A DNA stretch of 63,611 nt, filler included, from Folioceros fuciformis (Eukaryota), in NCBI GenBank assembly GCA_049999805.1. It is 9 parts of 9 records of this genome, joined end to end, with 100 filler letters (N's around TTAATTAATTAA, not from the genome) between each part and the next. Parts side by side here need not be neighbours in the genome. Positions count along the whole stretch, not along the records: positions 35,450 to 38,894 come from JBNGIO010005824.1; positions 38,995 to 45,204 come from JBNGIO010005825.1; positions 45,305 to 47,871 come from JBNGIO010005828.1; 6 more parts are not named here. The stretch is one strand, 5' to 3'. The position numbers and the translations under genes are program-made. Below, piece by piece: positions 37,859 through 47,971 of this stretch. The notes under the pieces were generated by a model. It had not been told where the DNA came from. It ran no database searches and was given only the letters and a program-made list of their open reading frames with translations. Numbering within the stretch: the first letter of the stretch is position 1; every line of letters starts with the position of its first letter.

Positions 37859-38894
37859 GAGGCAGAGGCAGAGGTAGAGCCCAAGGTGGCAGAGGGCAAA
37901 GAGGTGGTAGAGGTCGGAATCCCTACCAAAATCAACAACAGAATTAGGAGTCCCAGTACAAGAGTACACGTGGAAGAGGAGAAAATTCTCGAGGCTGGGG
38001 GAGTCAAAGAGGACGTGGAAATCAACAACAAAATGATGCAAATGCAGACAATAGTGGTTGCTGGACTTGTGGTAGGTTAGACCACTTCAAAAGAGACTGT
38101 CCAAGGAGAAATCAAGGCAACAGGAGGCAGCAGAACAATTATGCCTCTAGCAGCAGTCAGAATGACTCAGAAAACTTGTTTGTCATGCAGCATATGCTTA
38201 ACTCTGTGTCTGCTAATGGATCCAACAATGGTGAGATTGTGTGGTATGTGGACTCAGGAGCTTCGAACCACATGACATGCCATGGGGAGTGGTTCAAAGA
38301 AATGCAAGTGCTTGACAAACCTGGATATGTAGAAACTGGAGATGACACAACACATGCAATTGTGCATACAGGAACTGTACCTTTGAAGATGCAGGACAGC
38401 AAAGTGAAGTGCCTGGTAGATGTTCTTCACGTACCCAACATCACAAAGAACTTGGTGTCAGTTGGGCAGATGGTTGAGCAAGGACTGCAGGTTAGATTTA
38501 CACCTGCAGGACTCTTTGTTGAAGAGTGCAAGAAAGGCGGTCGCCTGATTGCTCAAGGACAGAAGGTTGGACGGATGTTCACCTTGAACGTGGAGGTTCC
38601 TAAGCTGAAGTCAACCATGTTTGCGAAGGGTACAAGGGTAGTGACAGACCTAGAGATGTGGCACAAACGCATTGGACATGTAAATGTGCAGAAGTTGAAG
38701 TCCATGCAGCATCAGAAGGTTGTCACAGGCATACCCAAGCTTACAGAAAATGGACTGCAAGGTATATGTAAAGCATGTCAACTTGGGAAACAGCCTAGGA
38801 ATGCGTTCCCCCATGACAAACATGTCAGCAGATATGTGTTGGATGTTGTGCATTCAGATGTATGGGGTCCTACACAGACTGCATCAATCGGAGG
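37859..38894 (+). mobile_element. copia family-B internal fragment (gag end, PR, IN start)
   Basis: Near-identical to ~5660-6693 but with an uninterrupted frame. Confidence 0.93.
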
Positions 38895-39555
38895 NNNNNN
38901 NNNNNNNNNNNNNNNNNNNNNNNNNNNNNNNNNNNNNNTTAATTAATTAANNNNNNNNNNNNNNNNNNNNNNNNNNNNNNNNNNNNNNNNNNNNACTCCC
39001 ACTTAGACAGGCTGTAAACCACTTCGTGCTCTTCAGTCCTCGTGCAACATACTTCCAGTTTCAGCTACCATGAATTGTGGATTCTCGGCAGTATTGCTCT
39101 TGATGTCGGTGGTGAGTCTGCTGTTGCTAAAAACGGTGATGCGGCACCGGAGTCCGTGCTCGATGTGCACGCAATTTGCTAGGGTGTATTCTGCTGAGGA
39201 AGAGTTGGAGGCAGCTCATGCTCGTTGGCGCAGGCTGCAGGAGCTTCACAGACTTGCTCCATATGCTCCCCCTTTCGCTACCTGCCCAATTACATGGACA
39301 AATTTATGTATGCCGGCAGCAAGTTACTGAAGAAGGCCGCTCGATCATTAGATATGGTCGGACTTCTGTACTCTCCCACTGCTGCTGTTTTCCTCCATAA
39401 ATTCTCCTCGAAGTTCTAACCCTGTGTTGCTTGTATTGCAGAGACTTGATATAAGTATACCACCTTCATGCCTCTAAGGCGCTTCAAGAGTAGCTGATAA
39501 ACCTGCACGAGTTCTTGTGCCTGTGCAATGCTTGCCAAGTGGGAACTCCTGACAG

Positions 39556-42500
39556 CTAAGGACCCTCAGCAAGCCCCATAGCCTTGCAGAATCTATCATG
39601 TTTGTCTTTAGCCAGTGCTTTGGTTAGGATATCAGATACATTGCTGTTTGTTGGAACATACTGCAGGTTAGCCTGTTCACTGCTGATCACTTGCCTAATG
39701 AAATGATGCTTTACCTCGATATGCTTAGTACGTGCATGCATCACTGGATTTTGTGCTAATGCTATTGCTGACTGGTTGTCACATAACAGCAAGGTGGGTG
39801 CATGCTGCGTTTCACCAAGTGAGGAGAGCAGCTCCCTTGCATACACAATGTCCTGAGCAGCAGTGGCTGTCGCTGCATATTCAGCTTCTGTGGATGACAG
39901 AGCGACTACCTGTTGTTTCTTGCTGTACCAGGATATGGCTGTAGAGTCATACTCATCTGCTCCCAGCAGCAGGCAATTAGCCGAGATTGACTTGCGGGTG
40001 TCTGAGTCAGACGCCCAATCAGCGTCACAAAAACATGTAAGTAATAAATTTTCTGGACGCTTCTTGTACTTCAAACCAAGCTTAGGTGTTCCTTTTAGAT
40101 ATCGCATAACCCTCTGGACAGCTGTCCAGTGTGATGTTCCATAGCATGTAAGGAACTGAGATGTAATGCCCACGGCATGTGACAGATCTGGACGTGTCCA
40201 GTTCCTGCAGTAAATTAGTGAGCACACTGCTGAACGATATGGAACCTTTTCCATTTGTTGGCGTTCTTCTTCAGTCTTTGGAGATTGCTCGATGCTCAGC
40301 TTCTCTCCTACAGCCATTGGGGTAGGAGCTGGCTTGCACTCTCCCATTCTGAACCTAGACAGGATTTGACTAATGTATTGTGCCTGGTGTATCCAGACCG
40401 TGTGTGTGGCAAGGTCCTGATGTATTTCTATGCCAAGAAACCAAGTTAGCTTGCCAAGATCCGTCATGGAGAACTCTGAGGTGAGAATCGACTTAACTTT
40501 CGCCATTAGTTTTGGATTGCTGGCAATGAGGACTGCGTCATCCACATACAGAGCAAGGTACACCACTCCTTCCTTGTCTTCTAACTTGTAGACGTTGGAG
40601 TCGGCCTCGCTTTGGATGAAAGCTGAATTTTTCAAGTATGTGTCAATCCTCTTGTACCATGCCCGAGGTGATTGTTTAAGGCCATAGATGGTCTTGACGA
40701 GTTTGCACACTTTCTTTGGGTGTGCTGGGTCTACGAACCCTTCTGGCTGGCACATATATATAGTTTCCTCAAGTGTCCCGTTCAGAAAAGCTGTTTTTAC
40801 GTCCATGTGCTCCATAGCAAAATCTCTCTGAGCTGCAATGGCAAACAAGGTGCGCACAGAGGTAGCCCTAACAACAGGTGAGAAGGTTTCAGTGTAATCG
40901 ACCCCTTCTACCTGACTATACCCTCTTGCAACAAGCCTTGCTTTGAACCGTGCCACACTGCCATCTGCTGCAAGTTTTTTCTTGAATACCCACTTGCACG
41001 TAACTGCTTTCCTGCCTGGTGGCAGGTCCTCGAGTTGCCAAGTGCCATTGTCCAGCAATGATTGATATTCTGCTTCTATAGCAACCTTCCACTGGGCAGC
41101 TTCGGGGCAGGTAACAGCTTCCTTGTAAGATAGTGGTTCTCCCAAGCTATCTGGAGTAATGTCATCTTGCACAAGAAAAGTACTGTACGTTAGTGGTGGG
41201 GTGTTCCATTCTGTTGGAGTCGAAGTGTGCCTACGACCACTCCTTCGAGGCTGAGCTGGTTCCACTTCCTCATTTGTTGGCTTATCAACTTCTACTTCAA
41301 CAGCAGCATAGGTACTTGACTGTTTATTGCCATCTGTTTCACTTTCACCTTCTTCGGGGAAAAAGCTAACTTCCTCCTGCACTGATGTGGTGACTGGAGG
41401 CTGCACAGGAATTGGTGGGGACACATTCTGCTGCTGTACTCCCACTGGAGATGTTTGAGGTGGAGGATAGGTCACTGAGTGATAATCAAATGCATCCTGT
41501 TCCAGCATGTCATCTGGATGACTTGTGGAAGCATCATCATCCGGCAAGGAGGCAGCTCCCTCTGTAGGGTAAGTGAGTAATAGCTGCTCGTGAAACACTA
41601 CACTTCTACAATGAGTTGTAAAACGAGTATCGGGGTCAAAAAGTTTATAACCTTTTATGCCCTCTGTGTAGCCGACAAAGACAAATTTCCTTGCCTTGTA
41701 ATCTAACTTTACCCTCTGGTCTTCGGATAAGTGGGCATACGCAGGTGAGCCAAAAATGCGAAGATGGTTAATACGAGGTTTATAATTTGTCCACCTCTCA
41801 AACGGAGTTGCTCCTGCAAACACACTGGTAGGCAGCCTGTTTCTGATATAGGCAGCTGTGGAAACTGCCTCTGCCCAGTAGCATTTGGACAATCTGGCCT
41901 GCTTCAGCATTGACTTTGCAGTTTCCTGAATGTGCTTGTTACTAACCTCAGCAACTGGATTTTGTGACGAGGTGTATGGCGTTGTGTACTGCCTGGCAAT
42001 ACCTTGGCTTTTGCAAAAATCTTCAAAGGCCTCAGAACAGTACTCCCCTCCGTTGTCACTGCGAAGAGTCTTCAACATAGCTCCAGTTTGGCGTTGGGCA
42101 AAAGTAACATACTCCATGAAGCAGCCTAGTGTCTGGTTTTTCTGCTTGATGAGGTACACAACGATATATCTACTCCAATCATCAATGAAGGAGAGTATAT
42201 ATCTTGCACCTCCGAAAGATACAGTGGACATAGGTCCACATAAGTCTGAATGTACAAGTTCCAGCAACTGCGTGGCCCTCATAGGATTGCTGTCCTTGTA
42301 TGGTGCTCGATGGTGTTTTCCAAAAACACAAGCTTCGCAGAATTGCTTCTCAGCGAACTTAATCATGAACTTCTCGCGGTACAAGGTATTGCTGGCCACC
42401 ATTAACTTAAGTTTGTCAAAGTTAGTGTGTCCGAGACGACAGTGCCAGAGCCTTGTATCTCTTTCAGCTTGCTGGGCTTGACTGAGATTGACAGTGGGGT

Positions 42501-44157
42501 TGCCTAACTTGTAAGTGATGTCAAGTTGGTACAAGTTGTGCACAGGAGTGCCTATAGCTACCACTTTGTTCTTGTATTGTGTATTTACTACTGTACACTG
42601 CCCGCCAGTAAATGTGGTGCTTAGCATATGTTGAGTGTCCAACAGGTAAACCGAAATGAGGTTCTTGACCAGTGATGGTACATGAAGAACTTCTAACAGG
42701 TCGACTGTAGTCCCATCCTTAAGGAGAATGGGCACTTTACCAATGCCGACTATTGGTAACCCCCGATCATCACCTAGCAAGACACTTTGCCCTCTAGGGA
42801 TTTTTCTGTACTCTGAAAAAGCTGACAGTGTGTGGCAGATATGTGAAGAGGCACCGGAATCCAGGTACCAAGCATGGCGGTATTGAGGTGTAGACACCAT
42901 GTAAACTGTCAGGAGAGTGTTTGTCTTGCGCTGGACCATATTGCTTTCTGGAGGTACAGTCCTCCTTGGCTCGTTTGCCTTTTTCTTCCTGCACTCCGCC
43001 TCCCAGTGCCCTGGGATGAGGCACCAGTTACACGGCCCCTTCTTCTTCTTAACAGATGCTGACGATGGTCCAGCTTTCTTGCTTGCATTGATGTTCGTTT
43101 GATTGTTCCAGGATTGCCGAGATGGTTGCCTGCGAGGACCCTTGTTTACGTAAAGGGCCCTGTTTGAGGGCTCTCCTCTGGAGGATGGTCCACCTCTACT
43201 AGCATGCCTGGTTGTCTCCTCTTCAAGGAGAGCTCCAATCAGATCCGATAAGGCCACTGCAGGGACTTGGCCTGCAGGTGTAGCCTGGGCTACTGTACGA
43301 AGATTCGTACTGTGGTTGCTGACGAAGGTCCGATAACTTTCCGGTAGTGACAGTAAGAGTGCGACTGCTGCTTGCATCTCTGTTGTTTTAGTGCCACTCG
43401 AGGTAAGCTTTGACCTCAGCATGCGAAATTTTTGAACATGTTGCTCGACTGAATCATGTTCCTTCATTTTGCAATTGTAAAATGCCCTTGTGGCACTTAC
43501 TAAGGACGAGCCATTCGTCACTTTGTATATTTGTGACAGCGAGTCCCACACATCCTTTGTAGAGTCTGCATCTTGGGTATGATGCATCATTGATCCGTCC
43601 AGGGCAGCTTGTATAATTCCAAGTGCTCGGAGATCTTGTTTTGCCCAAGCATCTCTGTCAACTTGGGTAGCAGTAGCTGCTGGCTTAGGGAATGTACCTG
43701 TGACAACACCCCAGAGGTCGTTTTCCTTCAAGATGGTTTGAACTCTCAGAGCCCAAATGTCAAATTGGGTTCCATTAAACCTATCTCTTTCTTTAAAATC
43801 TATTTTAAAATTATTGACTGTGGTGTTGTGCGTTACAGGTCCCTGTTGTGCCATTATGCGTACTACTTGTGAGGCTATTGTAGCCCTAGTGGCGTGTGCA
43901 AGTAAGGTCGCCCGTGTGACTTGATCTGATGATACAGATTGTGCACTCTGTGCTGAATGAGTAGGTTGTGAAATCTGGCCGACGTTAGACTGCGAAGAGG
44001 TGGTTGACAATGCAAGGGGGTCAACAACTAGTGAAGGTCCAGTGCTTGGATCTGTGATGGGTGAGCCTCTTCCTCGCCCAGCACCCCGACCTGCACCTGT
44101 GCCCCTGCCTCGACCTCGACCAGTAGGGTTTCGTGCTCCTCGAGCACGATATGACAT
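39556..44157 (-). CDS. Intact copia Gag-PR-IN-RT-RNaseH polyprotein (1533 aa from ATG 44157)
   Basis: CNWCLIPGHWEAEC, YLDSGAS, HCRLGH, LRSDNGGEY, MDVKTAFLNG, LYVDD, DADWA, DILTKAL; no stops. Confidence 0.96.
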   Translation of the reverse strand: MSYRARGARNPTGRGRGRGTGAGRGAGRGRGSPITDPSTGPSLVVDPLALSTTSSQSNVGQISQPTHSAQSAQSVSSDQVTRATLLAHATRATIASQVVRIMAQQGPVTHNTTVNNFKIDFKERDRFNGTQFDIWALRVQTILKENDLWGVVTGTFPKPAATATQVDRDAWAKQDLRALGIIQAALDGSMMHHTQDADSTKDVWDSLSQIYKVTNGSSLVSATRAFYNCKMKEHDSVEQHVQKFRMLRSKLTSSGTKTTEMQAAVALLLSLPESYRTFVSNHSTNLRTVAQATPAGQVPAVALSDLIGALLEEETTRHASRGGPSSRGEPSNRALYVNKGPRRQPSRQSWNNQTNINASKKAGPSSASVKKKKGPCNWCLIPGHWEAECRKKKANEPRRTVPPESNMVQRKTNTLLTVYMVSTPQYRHAWYLDSGASSHICHTLSAFSEYRKIPRGQSVLLGDDRGLPIVGIGKVPILLKDGTTVDLLEVLHVPSLVKNLISVYLLDTQHMLSTTFTGGQCTVVNTQYKNKVVAIGTPVHNLYQLDITYKLGNPTVNLSQAQQAERDTRLWHCRLGHTNFDKLKLMVASNTLYREKFMIKFAEKQFCEACVFGKHHRAPYKDSNPMRATQLLELVHSDLCGPMSTVSFGGARYILSFIDDWSRYIVVYLIKQKNQTLGCFMEYVTFAQRQTGAMLKTLRSDNGGEYCSEAFEDFCKSQGIARQYTTPYTSSQNPVAEVSNKHIQETAKSMLKQARLSKCYWAEAVSTAAYIRNRLPTSVFAGATPFERWTNYKPRINHLRIFGSPAYAHLSEDQRVKLDYKARKFVFVGYTEGIKGYKLFDPDTRFTTHCRSVVFHEQLLLTYPTEGAASLPDDDASTSHPDDMLEQDAFDYHSVTYPPPQTSPVGVQQQNVSPPIPVQPPVTTSVQEEVSFFPEEGESETDGNKQSSTYAAVEVEVDKPTNEEVEPAQPRRSGRRHTSTPTEWNTPPLTYSTFLVQDDITPDSLGEPLSYKEAVTCPEAAQWKVAIEAEYQSLLDNGTWQLEDLPPGRKAVTCKWVFKKKLAADGSVARFKARLVARGYSQVEGVDYTETFSPVVRATSVRTLFAIAAQRDFAMEHMDVKTAFLNGTLEETIYMCQPEGFVDPAHPKKVCKLVKTIYGLKQSPRAWYKRIDTYLKNSAFIQSEADSNVYKLEDKEGVVYLALYVDDAVLIASNPKLMAKVKSILTSEFSMTDLGKLTWFLGIEIHQDLATHTVWIHQAQYISQILSRFRMGECKPAPTPMAVGEKLSIEQSPKTEEERQQMEKVPYRSAVCSLIYCRNWTRPDLSHAVGITSQFLTCYGTSHWTAVQRVMRYLKGTPKLGLKYKKRPENLLLTCFCDADWASDSDTRKSISANCLLLGADEYDSTAISWYSKKQQVVALSSTEAEYAATATAAQDIVYARELLSSLGETQHAPTLLLCDNQSAIALAQNPVMHARTKHIEVKHHFIRQVISSEQANLQYVPTNSNVSDILTKALAKDKHDRFCKAMGLAEGP

Positions 44158-44171
44158 CCGAGGATGTCTTT

Positions 44172-44774
44172 TCAAAAACTGTTCATTTTTCCTCCCTTGG
44201 ACGGAGACTGGCAACGTTCAGTCTCCTTCTCCCATTGATCAGGTACTTGTACCATCTTGTTGATGTGAGGTTTGCTTGGTCCTTGCAGATGTCTGGAACC
44301 GAAACGGGTTTCAGGTGTAACAAATCGTGGTTCCACAGAGATAGCCTGCACTTGTAAAATGAGGGAAACAAGCCTTCTACTATTCTCTCTTACACTATCT
44401 CTGATGTCGTGGATTTGTTTAAGAATGTTGCAGGTTGACGATCTGACCAGACCACACAACTCGACTAGTAACTGATCTGTAGAGGAAGGGAAGTAATTAA
44501 ACTTGTCCTTTGAGTTTTCTCTCAACCTAGCTGCTGAAACCTCAGTGGTTTCTTGTAGGTTTTTGCGCACCTGCTGTGTTATGTGGGATAGTGGGTCTGG
44601 TTTCACTATCCTAGATTGATGACCTTTGGTTCTATGGCTTGACGCGATTGCAGGCTTGACAGTTTTTGAGAAAAACTGGTTTAACCTATGATGCTGTTCT
44701 GCCATGGACATACCAGAGTATCCATCAAAATGATCTACAGACAGGTTTGCTTTGTGCTTCCTATTTCTCGGCAT
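44172..44774 (-). CDS. Extra upstream ORF (ORF0, 200 aa) between PBS and gag of element E
   Basis: ATG-initiated, sense strand, stop 14 nt before the gag ATG; positional and weak sequence counterpart in element A. Confidence 0.6.
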   Translation of the reverse strand: MPRNRKHKANLSVDHFDGYSGMSMAEQHHRLNQFFSKTVKPAIASSHRTKGHQSRIVKPDPLSHITQQVRKNLQETTEVSAARLRENSKDKFNYFPSSTDQLLVELCGLVRSSTCNILKQIHDIRDSVRENSRRLVSLILQVQAISVEPRFVTPETRFGSRHLQGPSKPHINKMVQVPDQWEKETERCQSPSKGGKMNSF

Positions 44775-44957
44775 GACGCACTATTAAGAGTAATAGACAC
44801 CAGCGTCAGCCAGAATTGCATCTGCCATGGTTCCAGTTCTGGCCAGTGCAGGCTCAAATGCACAAATGAGGTTGCGAAATTCTTGATGTGAAAATTTCTT
44901 AGTGCAACTCTTGCTTGTGCAGATCGCGCAGTGGTCAGCGGCCATGACGGGAACACG

Positions 44958-44969
44958 GCTCTGATACCA
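44958..44969 (-). promoter_or_regulatory. Primer-binding site (tRNA-iMet)
   Basis: Minus strand TGGTATCAGAGC. Confidence 0.95.
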
Positions 44970-45366
44970 TAGAGATCTACGAGGGATCGAGGATGCAAGA
45001 TTAGGAAGCTTATTAAACTTATTAAAGATTGTATGTCCTTGAGACAATATGACCGTAAGTGAGATAGACGTGTCTGTCCACAAAGGTGTGAACCAACCGT
45101 CAACGGTCACGACGTATGAAACGTGACAGCGTTTCATATCTATGCTAATTAATAATTATATTAATTAACCCTAAAAGCCTGGCTATTCAATATTATAATT
45201 AACTNNNNNNNNNNNNNNNNNNNNNNNNNNNNNNNNNNNNNNNNNNNNTTAATTAATTAANNNNNNNNNNNNNNNNNNNNNNNNNNNNNNNNNNNNNNNN
45301 NNNNCGAGGACATGTCATGTTCGTGTCAGCTGGCATTTCTGCTGCTATAGGTTGGTGAAGTTTTTC

Positions 45367-47871
45367 TTAGGCTGCAGTAGGCATAGCAAACACCCTCAGC
45401 CCCAAGGCTGAAAGGTGCTTGTAGTGCTTTGGCTTGCTCAAGCCCTTTGTAAGAATGTCAGCAGTATTGTCATCAGTGCTGACGTATTTCACTTTGACTA
45501 TGCCTCTTTCAGCCACATCGCGAATATAATGATGGTAAAGCTCGATGTGTTTGGTTCTCGCATGAAAGCAAGGATTGGACACCAAGGCGATAGCAGACAA
45601 GTTATCACATAACAACAGGGTTGGCCCTTTTATGAGGTAAGTGCACAGCACCCAAAAATTGCCGCTCCCATTCTAACTCCTTGCACGCATCCGTCAAGGC
45701 CTTATACTCAGTTTCAGTAGAAGACAAGGCCAGCGAGGTCTGTTTCTTACAAGACCAGTTTACAGCATCTTGAGCAAGTAGAAAGACATGTGCAGAGAGA
45801 CTCTTCCTTGTGTTTGCATCAGATGCCCAGTCGGCATCAGAAAAAGCAGATAAGGTAAGCTCCCTCTCACTGGTCCTGGTGTAATGTAAACCATACTGCA
45901 GAGTGCCTCGTAGATAACGATAGATATGCTTAACAGCACCCCAGTGTACTCGTCCAGGTGCCTTCAAGAATTGTGACACAATGCTGACAAAGTAGCTAAT
46001 GTCAAGACGTGTCCAATTGGCAAGAAAAATTAAGCACCCTACAGCCTCAGCATACGGAACTCCAGCCATTGACTCCTCATCAATAGCATCTTGCGGAGAC
46101 TGCTCACAGGTCAGCTTTTCCCCCACTGCTGTTGATGTAGACACGGGCTTCGCAGAGTCAAGATGGAATCGCTTCAAAATCTCTTTCATGTACTTTGTCT
46201 GATGCAGAATCATGGTGCCTTGTGCCTTGTCTCGTAGAATCTGGATGCCAAGACAGAAGGCAAGGGGACCCTGATCTGTCATCTCAAACTCTGATCGGAG
46301 GAGAACTTTGACTTCGTCCATCTGATCAGGGTGATTACTCAACAAGATCGCATCATCAACATAAAGTGCCAGAATGACGAAGAAGCCATCAGAAGGAAGG
46401 TAAAAAACATTGGAATCTGCTGGGGACTGTACAAAGCCATGCTTCTTGAGAAATTTCATGATCCTTTTATACCATGCACGAGGGCTCTGGTTGAGCCCAT
46501 AAATCGTCTTTAATAGTTTACAGACCTTGTCAGGAAACTGCTTGTCGACGAACCCTTTAGGCTGGACCATGTACAAAACTTTTTCAAGCTCACCGTGAAG
46601 AAAGGCTGTACACACATCCATCTGATGCAATTCGAGATCAAATTGGGCAGCCATAGCAAGTAAAATCCTAACAGAACGCGGCTTCACAACAGGCAAAAAA
46701 GTGTCTCCATAATCAATGCCAGGTATCTGTGAAAAACCTCGGGCTACTAAGCGTGATTTGTATCTCGCTATGGTGCTATTTGCCTTTAATTTTGTCTTGA
46801 AAACCCACTTACACGTGATGGGTTTCCTACCAGGTGGCAGGTCGGTCAACTCCCAAGTGTTGTTCTTTACAAGGGAGTTGTACTCGTCATTAATAGAAAT
46901 TTGCCAATGCTTGCCATCAGGTCCCTCAAGTGCTTCCTTATAGCTCTGAGGATCCGGTCGAACATCTAAAACATGAATGTCGGCAACATGTGCGAAGGAT
47001 CTGCGAAAATCAATTGACTGATAGGGAGGTTCCTGCCAATCTGCCCGTGCTCGTCTTTCACGAACAGGATATCTAGGGGATGTATCCCCCACTGCAGGGG
47101 CAGGAGGTGCTCCCTCTTTGTCTGGACGATCTGATTTTGGATGCAAATCAGCGAAACCAGCAGACTCATGAGCACTGTCACTGTCCATGCTTGCAGCATC
47201 CTCAAAGATGTGACTGTCCACATCTGATCCAGGGTAAGCCCTTTCAGCATCATGGTCTGAATTATGATCATCATGTCCTACAGGTGCTGCATCAACAGCA
47301 AAATGATCATGTGCTGTTGCATGCAAATTGGGATGCTGGGGGTTTGGAGGATTAAGAATCTCATCCACAGCTGCAGAATCACCAGCATCTGGTGCCTCAC
47401 CATCTGACTGAGGATATGAAACAGGTACCTCTAGAGAACTGGGGTCAACCAAACTGCTGTCACTGGAACTACTATCAGCATTGCTTGTAATATCCTTATC
47501 TGAATGTGGGAAGGTGAGCTCCTTGAATACAGCACTATGTGATGATGTTATCTTGGAGGTAACTGGATCATAAAGCTTGTACGCCTTAGACTCTTCTGAG
47601 GATCCAACAAACACCAGCTGTCTAGAGCGATTATCTAACTTCTTCCTCTTTGCTTCAGGTATGAACGCAAAAGCAAGAGATCCAAACACCTTCAAGTGCA
47701 GAAGACTAGGCTTTCGTCCCCAAAAGGCCTCATAAGGGGTTTTCCCTGGCAGAGCTGTCGTCACCACTTGATTCAACAGATAAGTTGCAGTGACAGCAGC
47801 CTCTGCCCAATATGTTTTTGGTAAACCTGAATAGGACAGCATGCTCCTGGTCATACCCATGATGGTCTGGT
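45367..47871 (-). mobile_element. copia pol (IN C-terminus, RT, RNaseH) with one frameshift near 45650
   Basis: YWAEA, QMDVCTAFLHG, LYVDD, SDADWA, TADILTKGL. Confidence 0.93.
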
Positions 47872-47971
47872 NNNNNNNNNNNNNNNNNNNNNNNNNNNNN
47901 NNNNNNNNNNNNNNNTTAATTAATTAANNNNNNNNNNNNNNNNNNNNNNNNNNNNNNNNNNNNNNNNNNNN

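Larger units (their letters stand above)
38995..45204 (-). mobile_element. Ty1/copia element E: complete internal region, partial 5' LTR (44970-45204), PPT at the scaffold edge
   Basis: PBS at 44958-44969; intact polyprotein; minus strand ends AAGTGGGAGT at the gap where the 3' LTR should begin. Confidence 0.93.
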
